From assembly GCA_964035545.1 (NCBI GenBank), contig OZ037771.1:8487408-8551407 (forward strand): a DNA stretch of 64,000 nt, written 5' to 3'. Numbering within the stretch: position 1 is the stretch's first letter; each line of letters opens with the position of its first letter. The translations under genes were made by a program, and so were the position numbers. Shown here piece by piece: positions 52,101 through 64,000 of the stretch. This DNA is from Bugula neritina (lineage: Eukaryota > Animalia > Bryozoa). Below the pieces are notes generated by a model. The model made no database searches and was not told the DNA's origin. It saw only the letters and a list, made by a program, of their open reading frames with translations.

Positions 52101-54542
52101 GACGGGCGTTTACGTCCGGCTTGAGTGTATTGCCAGCATAAAAAAGGACTTCAAAATTGAGCGCTTTCTCAATAGTGGTAACCTCCATTATAAACAGATA
52201 GCAGTGTAGTCTGAGGTTGTTTATAGACTGGAAAAAAGCTTCAAATGCTAGCAATTTGCGCCTGGATATCGGCAGGTCACTATAGGCGATCTGAGCCAGC
52301 CATTCCACTGCGGTTGCATGCTGTGGTAGGGGCGCCTTAGGCCCACACCTCAACTCCTGCAGACGAGCCTTGGCATTTCTGGCTGCGAGTCCAAACCAGG
52401 CTCCAAGCACTTCAAAAATTATGTTGATGTCACCTCCATAGGGCTTGGCCCGTTCCGCCATACACAACCACAGGTGTAGGAGGGCTACGTGAGAGAGCCA
52501 TAGGCAAATGACCGCCACGTTGCTGAAATCCCTAAAACGTTGTTCTACACCTTCCTCCCAATAAATACTGGAGCTTTCAGACGATACCTGTCTATAGGTG
52601 GTGTCTGGTCAGCTCAGTCGTCACGGGGAATTTGGACAGAAGCCTCGAGCACTGCCTGCTCTTGAGGAGGCCCCCTCAACCGCGCCCTGTAATTCATCTT
52701 CTTGCACATCAGGTTTCACCATATCTTCTCTCTTTCTAAGAATGCATTAGCTCCTAAAGTCCCCCTGCTGCCACTGGTGTTGTGAATTTATGCAGTGCAA
52801 TAAATTACTTGAGATGATTCTGAAGAGCTAACACTAGAACATAACTTTCTTGTTATTAGACAGGAGGGAAGAAAGCGCTTGTCTGTCAGGAAATTGTATT
52901 GGAAACATGCTGAGTAAGAGTACAAGTCTAACTCTTTACAACCACAATAAAATGTCCAATAACAACTGATGAATAAGTAATAATAGTATAATCCAAAACT
53001 TCACAAGGGTAGCGTCAAAGTCCAACAGCTGCGATGGGGCAATACTTCCTTATATACGACTGCATACTGTCATTTGATCGGTCCTTCAGATGGGACTCCA
53101 TGCGGCGCCTATGCGACATCATAGTTACCGTCAGTGATTCAACTTTCTAGTGCCGATCAGTAGTATGGCATATCACGTCATATACATTTCATCACTCTAA
53201 CCAATGTCAACCAATCAGAAAAAACTGTGTATGTGATACTAACACGCCTAAATCATACACTTGTTACAGAAGAATTATGTGATAGCAGGAGTAATGATCC
53301 TTTAAGTGGTATACAAAGCAGCATTATTGAGAACACAGGCTATACTGGGGAGGCAATAATGCATATCTAAAAATCCACTACACCTGAAGAGTATTGAAAG
53401 ATGCTTTTTATTTTTGTGATGTGTAGATGTAGTGATTCATATGTCAAAACAATGAAACCAATTATCATATAAATAACTGATTAAATTTAATATAATGTTT
53501 CACTCTTTCATCTATATATTATGTGCATATTGAAGCTCTTTTTGTTCATTGACTACCACTTCAAGTCGTTTGGAAAATCAATTAAATTTAAATATGTACT
53601 TTACTGCTTGAACATTATACTTTGTGGTTTTAGGTCCTTGGAGTGATCAACACAACAACATTTATTCCTGGACCGAAATTAACTTTTGGAATTCATGACT
53701 ATGTTCTCCTGGGTGCCTCCCTTCTTGCCATAGTCTGTAACATTATTTTAATTGTGCTGAAAAAGCCTCTCAGCTTACCGGATATTATGATGATATCACT
53801 TCTGATTTGCTTGTTTGGAGCTCTCTTGTGCTTTTCACTTATAAACTTACCGATTGGGAGAGATGAAGCTGGTTGTGAAGCTATAGCAGCCATTACACAG
53901 TTCTTCTTTCTTGCATCACTCACGTGGAGCAACTCCATGGCTATTAGTATAGTGCGCAGCTTATATTCCTTGAGACTTGTGTCAAGGTCACATAGACCTT
54001 TCGTATTGTACTGTGTATATGCATTAGGACTGCCTTTGGTTTGCACTATGATAACATATATACTCTCTACCAGTCAACTCTCTATTAGTCAAAATATTTA
54101 CAGTAGTGCAGGTGTATGCTTTCTTGGAGACATTACTACACAGCTAGTTTTGTACCTAGTGCCTATATACATATTGGTAGTTACAAATTGTATAATAGGC
54201 ATTGTGGTCATGGTAAAAATATTCAACACGAGTGCAATTGCTTTAAAACAGGATAAAGTGAGGCTAAAAAAGAACATCATTACATGCTTCAAGGTTTCTA
54301 TTTGTCTGGGCTTAGGCTGGATCATGCTTTTCGCAGCTACAGCAAGCAATGATGACTTAGTGTGGCTAATCATGCAAATTTTCATAGAAACTCAGGGTGT
54401 GCTAATAGCTGGTGCAAATCTCATAAGTTGGAATTGTGTGACTTCCATTAAAACATGGAGTAAATCTAAAATAACTACTTCAGAAAGCAAAGCTACTTCA
54501 TCAACAGTAACAACATCTGTTGTTAACATAGAAATGAGGTAG
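40125..54542 (+). CDS. Secretin/adhesion-class GPCR with somatomedin-B-like Cys-rich ectodomain, paralogue B, ~1119 aa
   Basis: Ten phase-consistent exons: 40125-40407, 43098-43175, 44515-44770, 46062-46312, 46826-46987, 47196-47481, 47656-47898, 48210-48308, 48579-49371, 53634-54542 (3360 nt). Net exon length differences versus A are multiples of 3. Confidence 0.9.
42240..42410 (-). mobile_element. tRNA-derived SINE
   Basis: Homologous to 30195-30390, with head GGTTAGAGCG...GGGTTTGATC on the minus strand. Confidence 0.6.
45098..45441. mobile_element. PIF/Harbinger-type MITE, complete
   Basis: Long near-perfect TIRs GCCTAG(A/G)GCCACACTGTGCGTATTTTCGCATGCG with TSD TAA. Confidence 0.88.
49501..49718. 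mobile_element. Tc1/mariner-type MITE
   Basis: TIR CAGTGCTCCCTC...GAGGGAGCACTG with TA TSD. Absent in paralogue A. Confidence 0.85.
49865..53382 (-). mobile_element. Degenerate Gypsy LTR retrotransposon in intron 9 of receptor B
   Basis: 5' LTR 52778-53382 and truncated 3' LTR 49865-~49965 share sequence. PBS-like TGGCAGCAG. Gag (DRYRLKAPVF), protease (GCTTNLL), RT (LIYLHDVII, KPSKC), RNase H (TDYASLIWL, NADGLS). TSD GCTG/CCTG. Confidence 0.9.
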
Positions 54543-54975
54543 TCAGCTGTGAACTTAGATAGTTTGTAATTGTTTATAAAAGTTATGAGGATTTTCAGCA
54601 AAAGATAATCATGATTACAGGTGTACTCCTTAACTCATAGGCTGTTACTTTATATACATGGATTGTGTATATGTATAATATATACATTAGGCCTATATAT
54701 ACATTGTATATATATATATACATACATATATATATATATATTTATATATAAACACACACAACGAGCACATATATATATATATACACACACATATAAAATT
54801 GCTTCTTCTTACACTTTTTTATGTTCTACGCGGTGGTACCAATAACTTGAAGATTTTTAGGCTACGGTGATTTATTACAATTATTATTAATCATTTTCTG
54901 GAATAGATCAATAAATCAAACAAGAAAAAATATATTCACACTACACTTGTACTTGCAACTGAATATAACGTACTA

Positions 54976-55821
54976 GGGTCATTCTACGCCAAATCAACAA
55001 AGACCAAACTGACCCGTCTCGGAATTTTTTAAAACTCTTGTAGAGTATTTCAAAAGATATCAAATGAAACAATATCAATTGGTTCTTTTCAGTACATTTT
55101 TACAACTTCATGCATGCTTCAGTAACTGTATTAAGTGTAGTTTTAAATATAGGCGAAAATTGCAAAAAACGCGTCAATTTAATCCAATATTTTCCCATAA
55201 AGGAACAATCTACAAACATTCAATCTTTAATATAATATAATATATACCAACAAGTTTGAAATGAAACCACTTTGAAAAAATATATTTATAATCATGGAAT
55301 AGTGCATAATTTTATATTTTTAAGATTTCAACACACAATTGTGATGAAACTTATACCGGTAAAAAACTGAAACTTTTTATGTGATGAATATAATATAGTT
55401 GTTGAGTGCTCAAAATATCAATATTACAGCTGTTTTAAAAAGGTGCCAGAAAATTGACAAATTAAAAAAATTACCGAATTTTTGGCCTAAAAACGTAATG
55501 CAACAGGAAATTTTTCTCAACACTTAAAGCAGATTCTTTGCTTTAATTTGATTAAGCTTATGTAGAAATATCATTCATAAAAGCATTAAAAAGTTTGTTT
55601 TGCATCATCTCTGAGATACAGATCTATGAAGTTGACCTATGAAAAAAGTACCAATTTTTTACCAAAAGGTGCCATAACTACACAACTATTACGAATTAAG
55701 AGCTCATATTTGATATATTTTTATTTCACATGTTTTAGAATACTCTACTAGAATCTCGAAAAAATCTGATGAGTCTGTAAAACTCTGAAAAAAAACCTTG
55801 CCGATTTAGCGTAGAACATCC
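54976..55821. mobile_element. Non-autonomous TIR DNA transposon 3' of NUDT7
   Basis: GGGTCATTCTACGCCAAATC...GATTTAGCGTAGAACATCC with flanks TACTA/TATTA. Absent at the paralogous site ~33336. Superfamily unassigned. Confidence 0.75.
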
Positions 55822-55903
55822 TATTACAAAATATCAAAATTCCTACAACAATATAAAATTCACCAATTCTAAAGCAAATATAAAGTTTTTTTGGATATCA
55901 TTA

Positions 55904-57395
55904 CTAAAGTTTGGACACTAAAAGCTGTACCATATGTGACTCATCAGCAAAGTATTTTTTAAGGAAACTATAATTAAACTGATTGGAATTACATAAACTG
56001 AATTGTGGGACAGCTTGAAAAGCAAGAGAAGATATAAGTATCAGTAATCTAGCAGTCAATCCCCACACTGTGTACACACTTTGAGTAAGTGGACAAGTGT
56101 AGTCAAAGTAATGCATGGCAATAAATGAGTGGTGTGGTGATCTGTGGGCATCCAGCTCCTGAAACCTACAGTATAAAACAAGCATACCTTTAGTGGGTCA
56201 CACAGATGTACAAATCAAAGCAGGACCAACTGCTTCTAAGTTACTCGAAAAATATTTTACATTGGAGAATTTGTGAGCATTAACTCACTAAGTGGGCAAA
56301 CCATGGCAGTGGAACTTCCCAGTTACTTATTTTATTGGAAATGGCAGATAGAAAAATTCACGCAAATATTTTGACAATGAGTCACATTTCTATTTTTACA
56401 TACTTTTACATGTTTTACTATTGAGAATAGTTAATTATGAAATCTAAGAAACTGTAAACCTGACTTTGCAAAAAGAGATCTACTGAACTCTAAATACTTT
56501 TCTAGCGTAGTTTGCCTGTGAAATAAGCATAATTTGTATAGAAGAACTTATGAATGATCGCATAGAAATTAAAAAATTGATATCATAGGCCAATTTATAT
56601 CTGATGAATACATATTAAAATACATTATTTTACATGTTTTTGGTAACTAAATATTAACAAATTGCAAAACACACTAACTTAGATAAGGGCATCCAGAAAA
56701 CGTCTCGCACTTCCATAGGATTTGCTTTCAAGTCCACTGACTTATTGAGCACTGCTATGACAGGCCATACACAGACCTTGGGAAGCGTCATGGTTGGCGG
56801 AGCTAAACCAACAACTTCTACTGAGGTTGACGCCAAACCAACTTCTTCCTAGTATTATAAAACATCTCCTGATTTTGCCAACAAGCTTAAACAAGTAAAC
56901 TCAGAGATAATATTATACGAATGATCAGATGTGTACAAAATCAAATAAATACTCAAATGAATATCTCGATATTCCATCACCTTGAGAAATAAAGTGAGCA
57001 TTACTATGTCAAAAGTTAAATAAATCAAAGTTACATATAAAATGCTTATTGTTACTGCCAAACTTTTAATTTACAGTCAATGTGAACGAATTACATACAT
57101 GAGCTTCTCGAAGGGCACATTCCACAAAACCTTCTCCAGGCTCAGCTTTTCCACCAGGCAGACAAACCAGTCCTCTATGAAACCTCAAATCATTAGAACG
57201 TAGAGTTAGCAAAACATCCCAGCAGTTGCCATCATCCCTATTGACATATCTGAGTACAACTAACACTGATGAAACCACAGGAAGCTCAAGATTAGAAGCC
57301 TTTGCATCGGATGTTGAGTTTTGAGCATAAGCAAGATTTGCTAGAGCAATACCTTGTCGAAGTCTTTTAATTGCTGCTCTTTTACGGTTAGCCAT
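55904..57395 (-). CDS. NUDT7: Peroxisomal coenzyme A diphosphatase (Nudix hydrolase), ~242 aa
   Basis: Exons 57395-57099, 56848-56679, 56165-55904 (729 nt). NuCoA motif LLTLRSNDLRFHRGLVCLPGG, Nudix box GKAEPGEGFVECALREAHEEVGL, VWGLTA, and C-terminal PTS1 SKL (which favours NUDT7 over NUDT8). Confidence 0.9.
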
Positions 57396-57495
57396 ATCAA
57401 GATTGTCTGAAGAACTTTTAGCTATTTACTGTTATATTTGATAAAGAGGTTAGGTCAAGGTCAAGTTCGTCTTTGGGTTGCCATCTCTACAAAAC

Positions 57496-58209
57496 GGTGT
57501 TCAGTAAAAATGGCACAGGTAAAAATGGCACACAAAGCGATCAGTCTGAATAAAAAGATGAGACTCTTTGATGCACTAATAGGAAGCATCTTTCTATATA
57601 ACATTGAACTATGGTCAATCACACAAGAGAGAAGTGACAACATAGACGTATGCTAAAGAAACCTCCTAGTAAAATACTGAAAGTGGGATGGCCTCAAAAG
57701 ATCAGTAATGATGAGCTATATAAGAAGACATGGCAGAAACCTTGGTCTCATACCATAAGACCACATAGAATAAGATGGCTCAGGCACTTTCTCAAATTAC
57801 CAGAAGGTTCACCAGCCAAGCAAGCACTATAGATATATCTTAACTACCCAGCGAATCAACCCAGAGGGACCAGAAAATATCATAGGTTGATACTGTCAAA
57901 AAAGACCTCAAAACATATGATCAGTGTACGAATCTGGCACAAGATAAAAAAGTATGGAGGTCAATAGCGGCAAAGCCAATAAATGTTATGAGCTGATATG
58001 AGGTGTAACCCAATTACGGACTTCGTCAATAAGTAAGTAGAAATGGCACAGTAAAATTACCACAGATTTGGAGTTTGAGTGTGGAGGTTCGGTTTAGGGG
58101 AAAAATTTAACATCAGTGTCCCAGTGTTACATACTTTTCTATTTGTGTCATTATTATTTGTACCATTTTTACTGTGCCATCATTACCTGTGCTATTTTTA
58201 CCCAAAATC
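57496..58209 (-). mobile_element. MULE-type MITE interrupted by a LINE fragment
   Basis: Same family as 29678-30037 in reverse orientation. Imperfect TSD CTACAAAAC/CTACTAGAC. Confidence 0.65.
57533..58040 (+). mobile_element. 5'-truncated RTE-like LINE
   Basis: KMRLFDALIGSIFLYNIELW...WPQKISNDELY...RIRWLRHFLKLPEGSPAKQAL, (TAAG)n tail, flanked by AAATGGCACA. Confidence 0.8.
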
Positions 58210-59039
58210 CTACTAGACAGCTTCTTCTCAAAATTGAAAGGTGCACTTGTGGTAATATTCAGTAGCCAAAAAAAGCAATAATTATAATTTTGCAAAATTA
58301 AACTATATATGAACCACATCTTTACTTATCAAAATAATTTAAAGAATCCCGACATACATCCCTTATTCAGCGTCGAAATATTATAAAAATTATATACTAT
58401 TATATTATTAATACATATTGTACACACTAGCACACTCACATATAATATAACTTTAGTTTTATATATACATATATATATATATAACTTTGCTCTTTTGAGC
58501 CAGCTGAGTGATTAGACTGTGCAGTAGCCTACAGTAACTAAAAATAGCATGAAATGAAAGTTGGCTAATAATAATATAACTTTCATAGTAGTACCTTTAT
58601 AGTTTATTTGTTTCCAAAATTTATCAAAATATATTTTCAAAAATTTCTAGAACTGCTATTGTGTGCTTATACCAAAACATTTATCTCATAAAGGAACAAT
58701 TCTATAGCATGGTTGGGACTTTATTTAGTTGAGTAACTTTTAATTTTTAATAAGTTTCCTCTATATATATTATGGTTGAAATTATTTCCTGGTAGGTAGA
58801 AACAACTTTTATTGGTAAATTGAGTACCAGAGTATTGGAAAAGGATCTATTGAAGAATGCTTTATGGTTTGAAAAATTCAGCATGTTCGATATGAAGAAA
58901 TCATATATTGATGGAAACACAGCAATGAAAAACTTTCTAAACAATCATAACTAAAGTAGAATTTAGGAACAGCAAAGTAATAGATAGAACTGATGGGTAG
59001 AAAAAAAGCTCTAAATGGTCAGTGCATCAAAAAGATGAA

Positions 59040-59560
59040 AACAACTAAAACATAAACTAGGACCTGGCTGAAATCCGGTTAGTTGGAAAAAAGAAAAAAA
59101 ACTGCTGTAGGCAGCACAAGATCAAGCACTTCCTACTAGAAATTACTAAATGGCTATAGTGAGATAACAAGCTAGAAAAAAATGTGAGATGTGTAATGCA
59201 ACAAACAAACTGTGATGCATATATTCAGTGAATGTGGGAGAATATAAGAAGAGACATAACAACTTGGCATCGATATTTCTTGAAATTTAGAAAAGTAAGA
59301 ATTGGCTCGATCATTGATCAGCATAAGTATTGCAAATAGAAAACTAAAATGACAATATGTATGGATCTTTAAAAATCTCAATACACATATCCACAGAGTC
59401 ACTGAAGCTATCAGGCTCAATATTGTTAAAGTTGACAAACATAATGCAGAAACAATGATCCTCAAAATCGCTCTTTGGTAAATGCTGGAATGATTGACTT
59501 GTTGCTAATTTTACTGGAGATGCATTGAACTAGGAGAGTTTAGGGATAGTTAGATAATAT
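59040..59560 (+). mobile_element. Decayed R4/Dong-like non-LTR retrotransposon C-terminal region
   Basis: WLKSG..AAQDQALPTRNY..CEMC..YKKRHN motifs with stops and frameshifts. Confidence 0.65.
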
Positions 59561-60049
59561 ACCATAAGCATAATTGTAGGCTGAGAATTTACCAAACTTT
59601 GTTTTACATGACACATGGTGGCAGCAACTAAAAGAACTATCCGCAATGAAAAAGTGCCGGAACAAATATTTGTGCATAGGAATGCAATTAAGAGTGAACC
59701 ACTGGGTTTGAATAGCAAAGAAGAGCAAAATTTCAAAAGCTTAAAAGGCGGTTAGCAATTATTTTGCACTTTATCCCAGTTTACCGAAGAAACTAATGAC
59801 TACCAATGGGCATTATTACTGCTATAGATGTATTAAAGCATTATTTTATAACTGACATTTTGTATGCTATGGTACTATAATATACTGCATATATAGCATC
59901 CAACTTCCATGCTACGTTAGCTTAGGCTCAATATTGTTTTTGTGTTTGATACTTGCACGTATTCTATGTTTTCCAAATTTATAATCTCTTTACTTCCATA
60001 CATAGCATATTATATCTTATAACAGCAACATTAAATAGTCACTTGAATG

Positions 60050-60275
60050 TTACAGGGCATAAATACAATGGCCGGAGATGACATATAAATTTGTAAATGA
60101 ATACACTGCCATGCTGTTTGTCTGCCCTCTACGCACAAAAACAACTGCCTTGAAAAAGTTCATTGCTGATGTAGCACTTATTGGAAAGATAAAAAAACAC
60201 AGTGACAACAGTGGAGAATATGTCAGTAATACATTTCAAACTGTTCTAAAGAAAAATGGCATAAAACACACTAAT
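60050..60275 (+). mobile_element. Ty1/Copia-like integrase fragment
   Basis: FVNEYTAMLFV..KKFIADV..SDNSGEY..F...L..NGIKH resembles an rve core. Confidence 0.7.
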
Positions 60276-60446
60276 CCACATTTGTCGGAAAAATTAGGAA
60301 AAAACAGACAGCTGCTCTGCCATCTTGTGAAGCGAGTATATGGTTTTACAAGATGTTACTAATAAGTCGTTGTACCTTCATACATTCTTTAACTCTATAA
60401 ACAGGTTTCAAGAAGATGCCACATCAATACAGTGTTATAACTAAGG

Positions 60447-60507
60447 AGTCATCTCACTCACTGATGACGGACTAAAACAACAGAGTCAAACTAAGCCCAG
60501 TGAGACT
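60447..60507 (+). ncRNA. Degenerate type-I hammerhead-ribozyme-like motif (Penelope-associated)
   Basis: TCTCACT-ca-CTGATGA-cgGACT..AGTC-AAAC-taagccc-AGTGAGA. Helix I and II pairings are present. The G of GAAA and the NUH cleavage site are mutated. Confidence 0.45.
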
Positions 60508-62149
60508 TGTTACCACTTTATTAGCCAGCAAACAACATTTGTACATGACTAGATCGACACTAATGACAACAAATCTGACATCCCAACCAAGCCGTTTGGA
60601 GCAATCTTGCATCGAAATGTGGTCACCCTGCTACAGATTGAGGAGGCAAATTGATAGAATGCAAGCTTTCGCTCTAATGACAATCAACATTCATACAATA
60701 CTACTAATGCTATTAAAATGCTCAAACTAGTAACTGTCTTCTCTTTTATGTCTAATTATCAAGTGTGGATAACTTTCAATATGCCGTAATCATTCTTTAT
60801 TATATTACCCACAATTCTTTTCCTTGTTCCTTCTCTTCTTTCTTATACATAAAATATAGCAGTTCTGTAAATTACAACTCTACATATTTTATCACAATAA
60901 TCAACATTACTAAGATGGCATAAGCCTCCAGCTTCAGGATGAGACTACTCTAATTGAAAGTTTTACTAATGTTAATGCAGCTGAATATAATGCTGTGAAC
61001 CATGAAAATTCAGAGCATCAGGATATAAGAAATCAGGTAGGAAACAAGCAAAAAGGCAGGCTACTACTATAAAATACGGAATAGAACGTTTAAGTAGGTA
61101 TAATCAGCTAGTGTTGCTTGAAACCTAAGCACTTGACCCATCCAACTATAATAGGTTAAGCAAATGAAACACAAAACTCAAGGCCAAAATACACTCAAAG
61201 AAATAATAGTGCAATATAAAAATCTATGGCCATTTACATCCTTAAACGAGAAGTCTAAACTAATCCACCAATCCTAATTGATAAAGTTGTTAGTAACAGC
61301 CATATATTATATTACCCAAGATTATCAAAATTTTTCAACTCGTCTGAAGCAATTGCTACAAAAACAAACCACTAAACCTAAATACAAAGTTGAAGTCAAA
61401 GAAAAAGATCAGTCAATCTTAATTTAAAGTAGTAGAAATCACAGTAACCCCAAGTCAAGGTCACGACTACCTCACGATATAAAGAACTGCTTAGTGCCTA
61501 GCTAACCTAGTCTAGCCTAGCTACAGTTATTTCAATGAGAAGCCTTCTAACATTACATCATATTATATAACAAAAACCAGCCATGGCCATCAATCAAGCA
61601 AATCTAGTGCTTCAAAGATCAAAGAGCTAGCCATTCAGTTAAAACTTGATTTAGCAAAAGTTGAATATAGGATGAACTCGGAAATAGATTTTATTCACAT
61701 AGAAGAACAGCTACAGGAGCTACATAAGCAGAAAGAAAAATTTAAGAGATCAATGAGAGCTACAAAAGCACAGGAGAGGCTAGAGGTACAACAAAGATGC
61801 CATGAAATATTTCAAGTTGTGGAGAGCAAAGGAGTTGTCTGCCTTCTAGACAAACTAATGACAACAGACCCAAGAAGTAAATGTATGCAAACTCACAGAA
61901 AGCACAACTCACCATGCAAAGAACAGAACCAACATATTAGCTCCAACAGTAAATGATTGGAGTTATCCAAAAACACACTCAGATAATGACACATCAAGAG
62001 CTTTAAGCAACTCAGTAAAAATAACAACCAACTCCCACAATGACGAATCTATAAAACTGTAGCATTTACAAAACAAGCCCCTGTAAGCCAAATAAAGAAA
62101 CCTTCTGAAAAAAAAGAAGATGGAAAAGGTGAGAAAAAAACAACACAGT

Positions 62150-62600
62150 CAGCCCGCTTCACTTGTGAGGGAATAGATTGTTACGTGCAAAAGCAGAAAA
62201 GTTTAAAACAACAGAGTACAAAACCTAGCTGGATATTCTGTGATTTATGTAAAAAATTGTTTTATGCCACTTGCCAGGGGATGGCTGAAAAAAAACACAA
62301 ACAACCTTGGTAACCTCAATCACTTAAGTGGAGTGAAATATGTTTGCCTACATGTAATGTGGGGATTTGAAAGGGTTTGGAAGGTGATAATGGTGAAGAC
62401 AAAATTTCCTTTGCTGTTGCGAGTAGTGCACTGATAAATAAGCTTAGTAATCTTAAAGAGTTATTCAAAAATCTAGCATCTAGCAACTGCAGAGTACAAA
62501 CTCAACAAAGCTAGAGGAAAAAATGGAAAAGCTGGAAAAAGTTATGCACATGCATCTGCTTCTAACACAGAAGAGATAAGGAATACAACTCAGCTCAATA
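62150..62600 (+). pseudogene. Decayed PHD-finger plus coiled-coil retroelement ORF
   Basis: CEGIDC...WIFCDLCKKLFYATCQG...(frameshift) YVCLH, followed by LEEKMEKLEK. Confidence 0.5.
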
Positions 62601-62939
62601 GCAATGCTAACTCCCCACCTGGTATCGACTGAGAGCTTCGTACTGTCAACCCTTGCACACAAAGCTGAGTTGCCTAACCCTTCTCATCTAGTTTGATATA
62701 ACCCAACTGGTAATGGACCCAACTGATATACAAGGAAACACCCTGGAATTATTGCTGCAAAAGTTATATACCCTAGTTTCAGCAAGCACTATATTATTCA
62801 GACAATGTTAGAAATTGATATGCAGAAAGTGAGAAACTGACAGCATGCAGCAAAACTGTACTACAAAGCTGACATAGACAGAGCCAGTGATAAGATGTGG
62901 AGACTAAAAACCAATATGACCAATACTGATGATGTTGAG

Positions 62940-64000
62940 GTTTAGCACCTGGGAAATTTTATGGGATGGCTAAAATACACAAACTGAAACAAGGAGATGG
63001 TATAGAGAAGCTACAAATGCGACCAATAATTTCTAACATAGGCACTGCATCATACCAACTTGCGAAATACCTGGCCAAAGTGCTAAAACCACTTAGTGAA
63101 TCTGAAAGTAATATCGAATCAACCGATAGTTTTCTTACATATATATGACAACTTCATATTCCAGCAAACCATCAACTGATATCATTTGGTGTTGTTTCCC
63201 TCTTTACTTCTGTACCACTTGACTACGCGATTTCAGCAATCATAAATGATATTTATGAGAAACAACGAATCCAAACAACTATACCAAAACAGAAAACGAT
63301 AAACTTACTCAACCTTTGTACAAAACAAGTTCACTTTACTTTCAACGACATCATTTATACAAAGACGAATGGTGTTTCTATGGGGTCTCCTCTGGGACCA
63401 ATAATTGCCAATATATTCATGACAAAACTTGGGTAAGATACATAGATGATATATTTGCAACAATATACCCTGATTATATTAACACAACATTCAACACACT
63501 TAATAATTTTCATCTCAATATAAAATAACTAGAAACCAATAAATCACTTTCTTTTCTGGATGTTACAGTTTTGCGACACAATAGCTCAGTGGAAACCACA
63601 GTATTCCGCAAGCCAACACATAACGATACATATTTACATTGGAACTCTTTCTCACTGGAAACGTGGAAGCTAAGCACACTAAAGTCACTAGTATTAAATA
63701 TAATAAAATATGTTCTACTCCAGCACTTAAGACCCAAGAACTAAACTATATTCGAAATATTTTTGAACATAAAAATGGTTACCCTAAATATGTAATAGAT
63801 AAAACTATTAACAACATTGGTGACGGACTACTCAGTGAAAAAGACAACAGGAAACACATTTTACTCCAACTGCCTTATAAAAGAGTAACAGGAGAAAAAC
63901 TAATCCATTCCCTCAATAAATTAATTGCAGACTCTTTTCCAAATGGACTCAATGCCCAGACTTTATTTAAAGGAACCCCCTCAAGTTCACATTTTAATCT
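62940..64000 (+). mobile_element. Penelope-like element reverse transcriptase, pseudogenised, runs off the window
   Basis: PGKFYGMAKIHK, RPIISNIGTASYQLAKYL, VVSLFTSVP, GVSMGSPLGPIIANIFM, RYIDDIF, FLDV, RKPTH..YLHWNS, NGYP. Confidence 0.9.

Larger units (their letters stand above)
36546..56480. repeat. Tandem segmental duplication, unit B
   Basis: Collinear with 3683-33994. Ends inside NUDT7 intron 2. Confidence 0.85.

Noticed and set aside
57339-57365. PTS2 signal in the NUDT7 N-terminus (RLRQGIALA)
   Set aside because: Lacks H/Q at position 8 of the R-L-x5-H/Q-L consensus.

Overview
AT-rich, intron-containing animal DNA (probably an invertebrate; species not identifiable from sequence). 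I assembled four protein-coding genes by hand from GT-AG boundaries and phase matching. (1) ATP6AP2/(pro)renin receptor, + strand, 7 coding exons 792-3156; the signal-peptide exon was not located. (2,3) Two intact 10-exon tandem paralogues of a ~1110-aa secretin/adhesion-type 7TM receptor with a large somatomedin-B-like Cys-rich ectodomain and no GPS motif (A 10914-32965, B 40125-54542). (4) A peroxisomal CoA-diphosphatase Nudix gene (NUDT7-like, - strand, 57395-55904, ends SKL). The receptors come from a tandem duplication (~3683-33994 vs ~36546-56480) that also copied the NUDT7 last exon. That second exon (33415-33679) is still open and keeps its acceptor, but ends SKLS instead of SKL. Introns and the last 6.5 kb are full of transposon debris: Gypsy, solo LTRs, MULE-, Kolobok-, Harbinger- and pogo-type elements, SINEs, RTE/R4/Copia fragments, and a Penelope-like RT with an upstream hammerhead-like motif and PHD finger. 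Many insertion ends and target-site duplications can be confirmed against the empty site in the other paralogue. Best leads: the alternative NUDT7 last exon, the duplicated-cassette receptor pair with a conserved stop-generating NAGNAG acceptor, a Kolobok-borne P2X7-ballast-like ORF, and the extended Penelope-like element.
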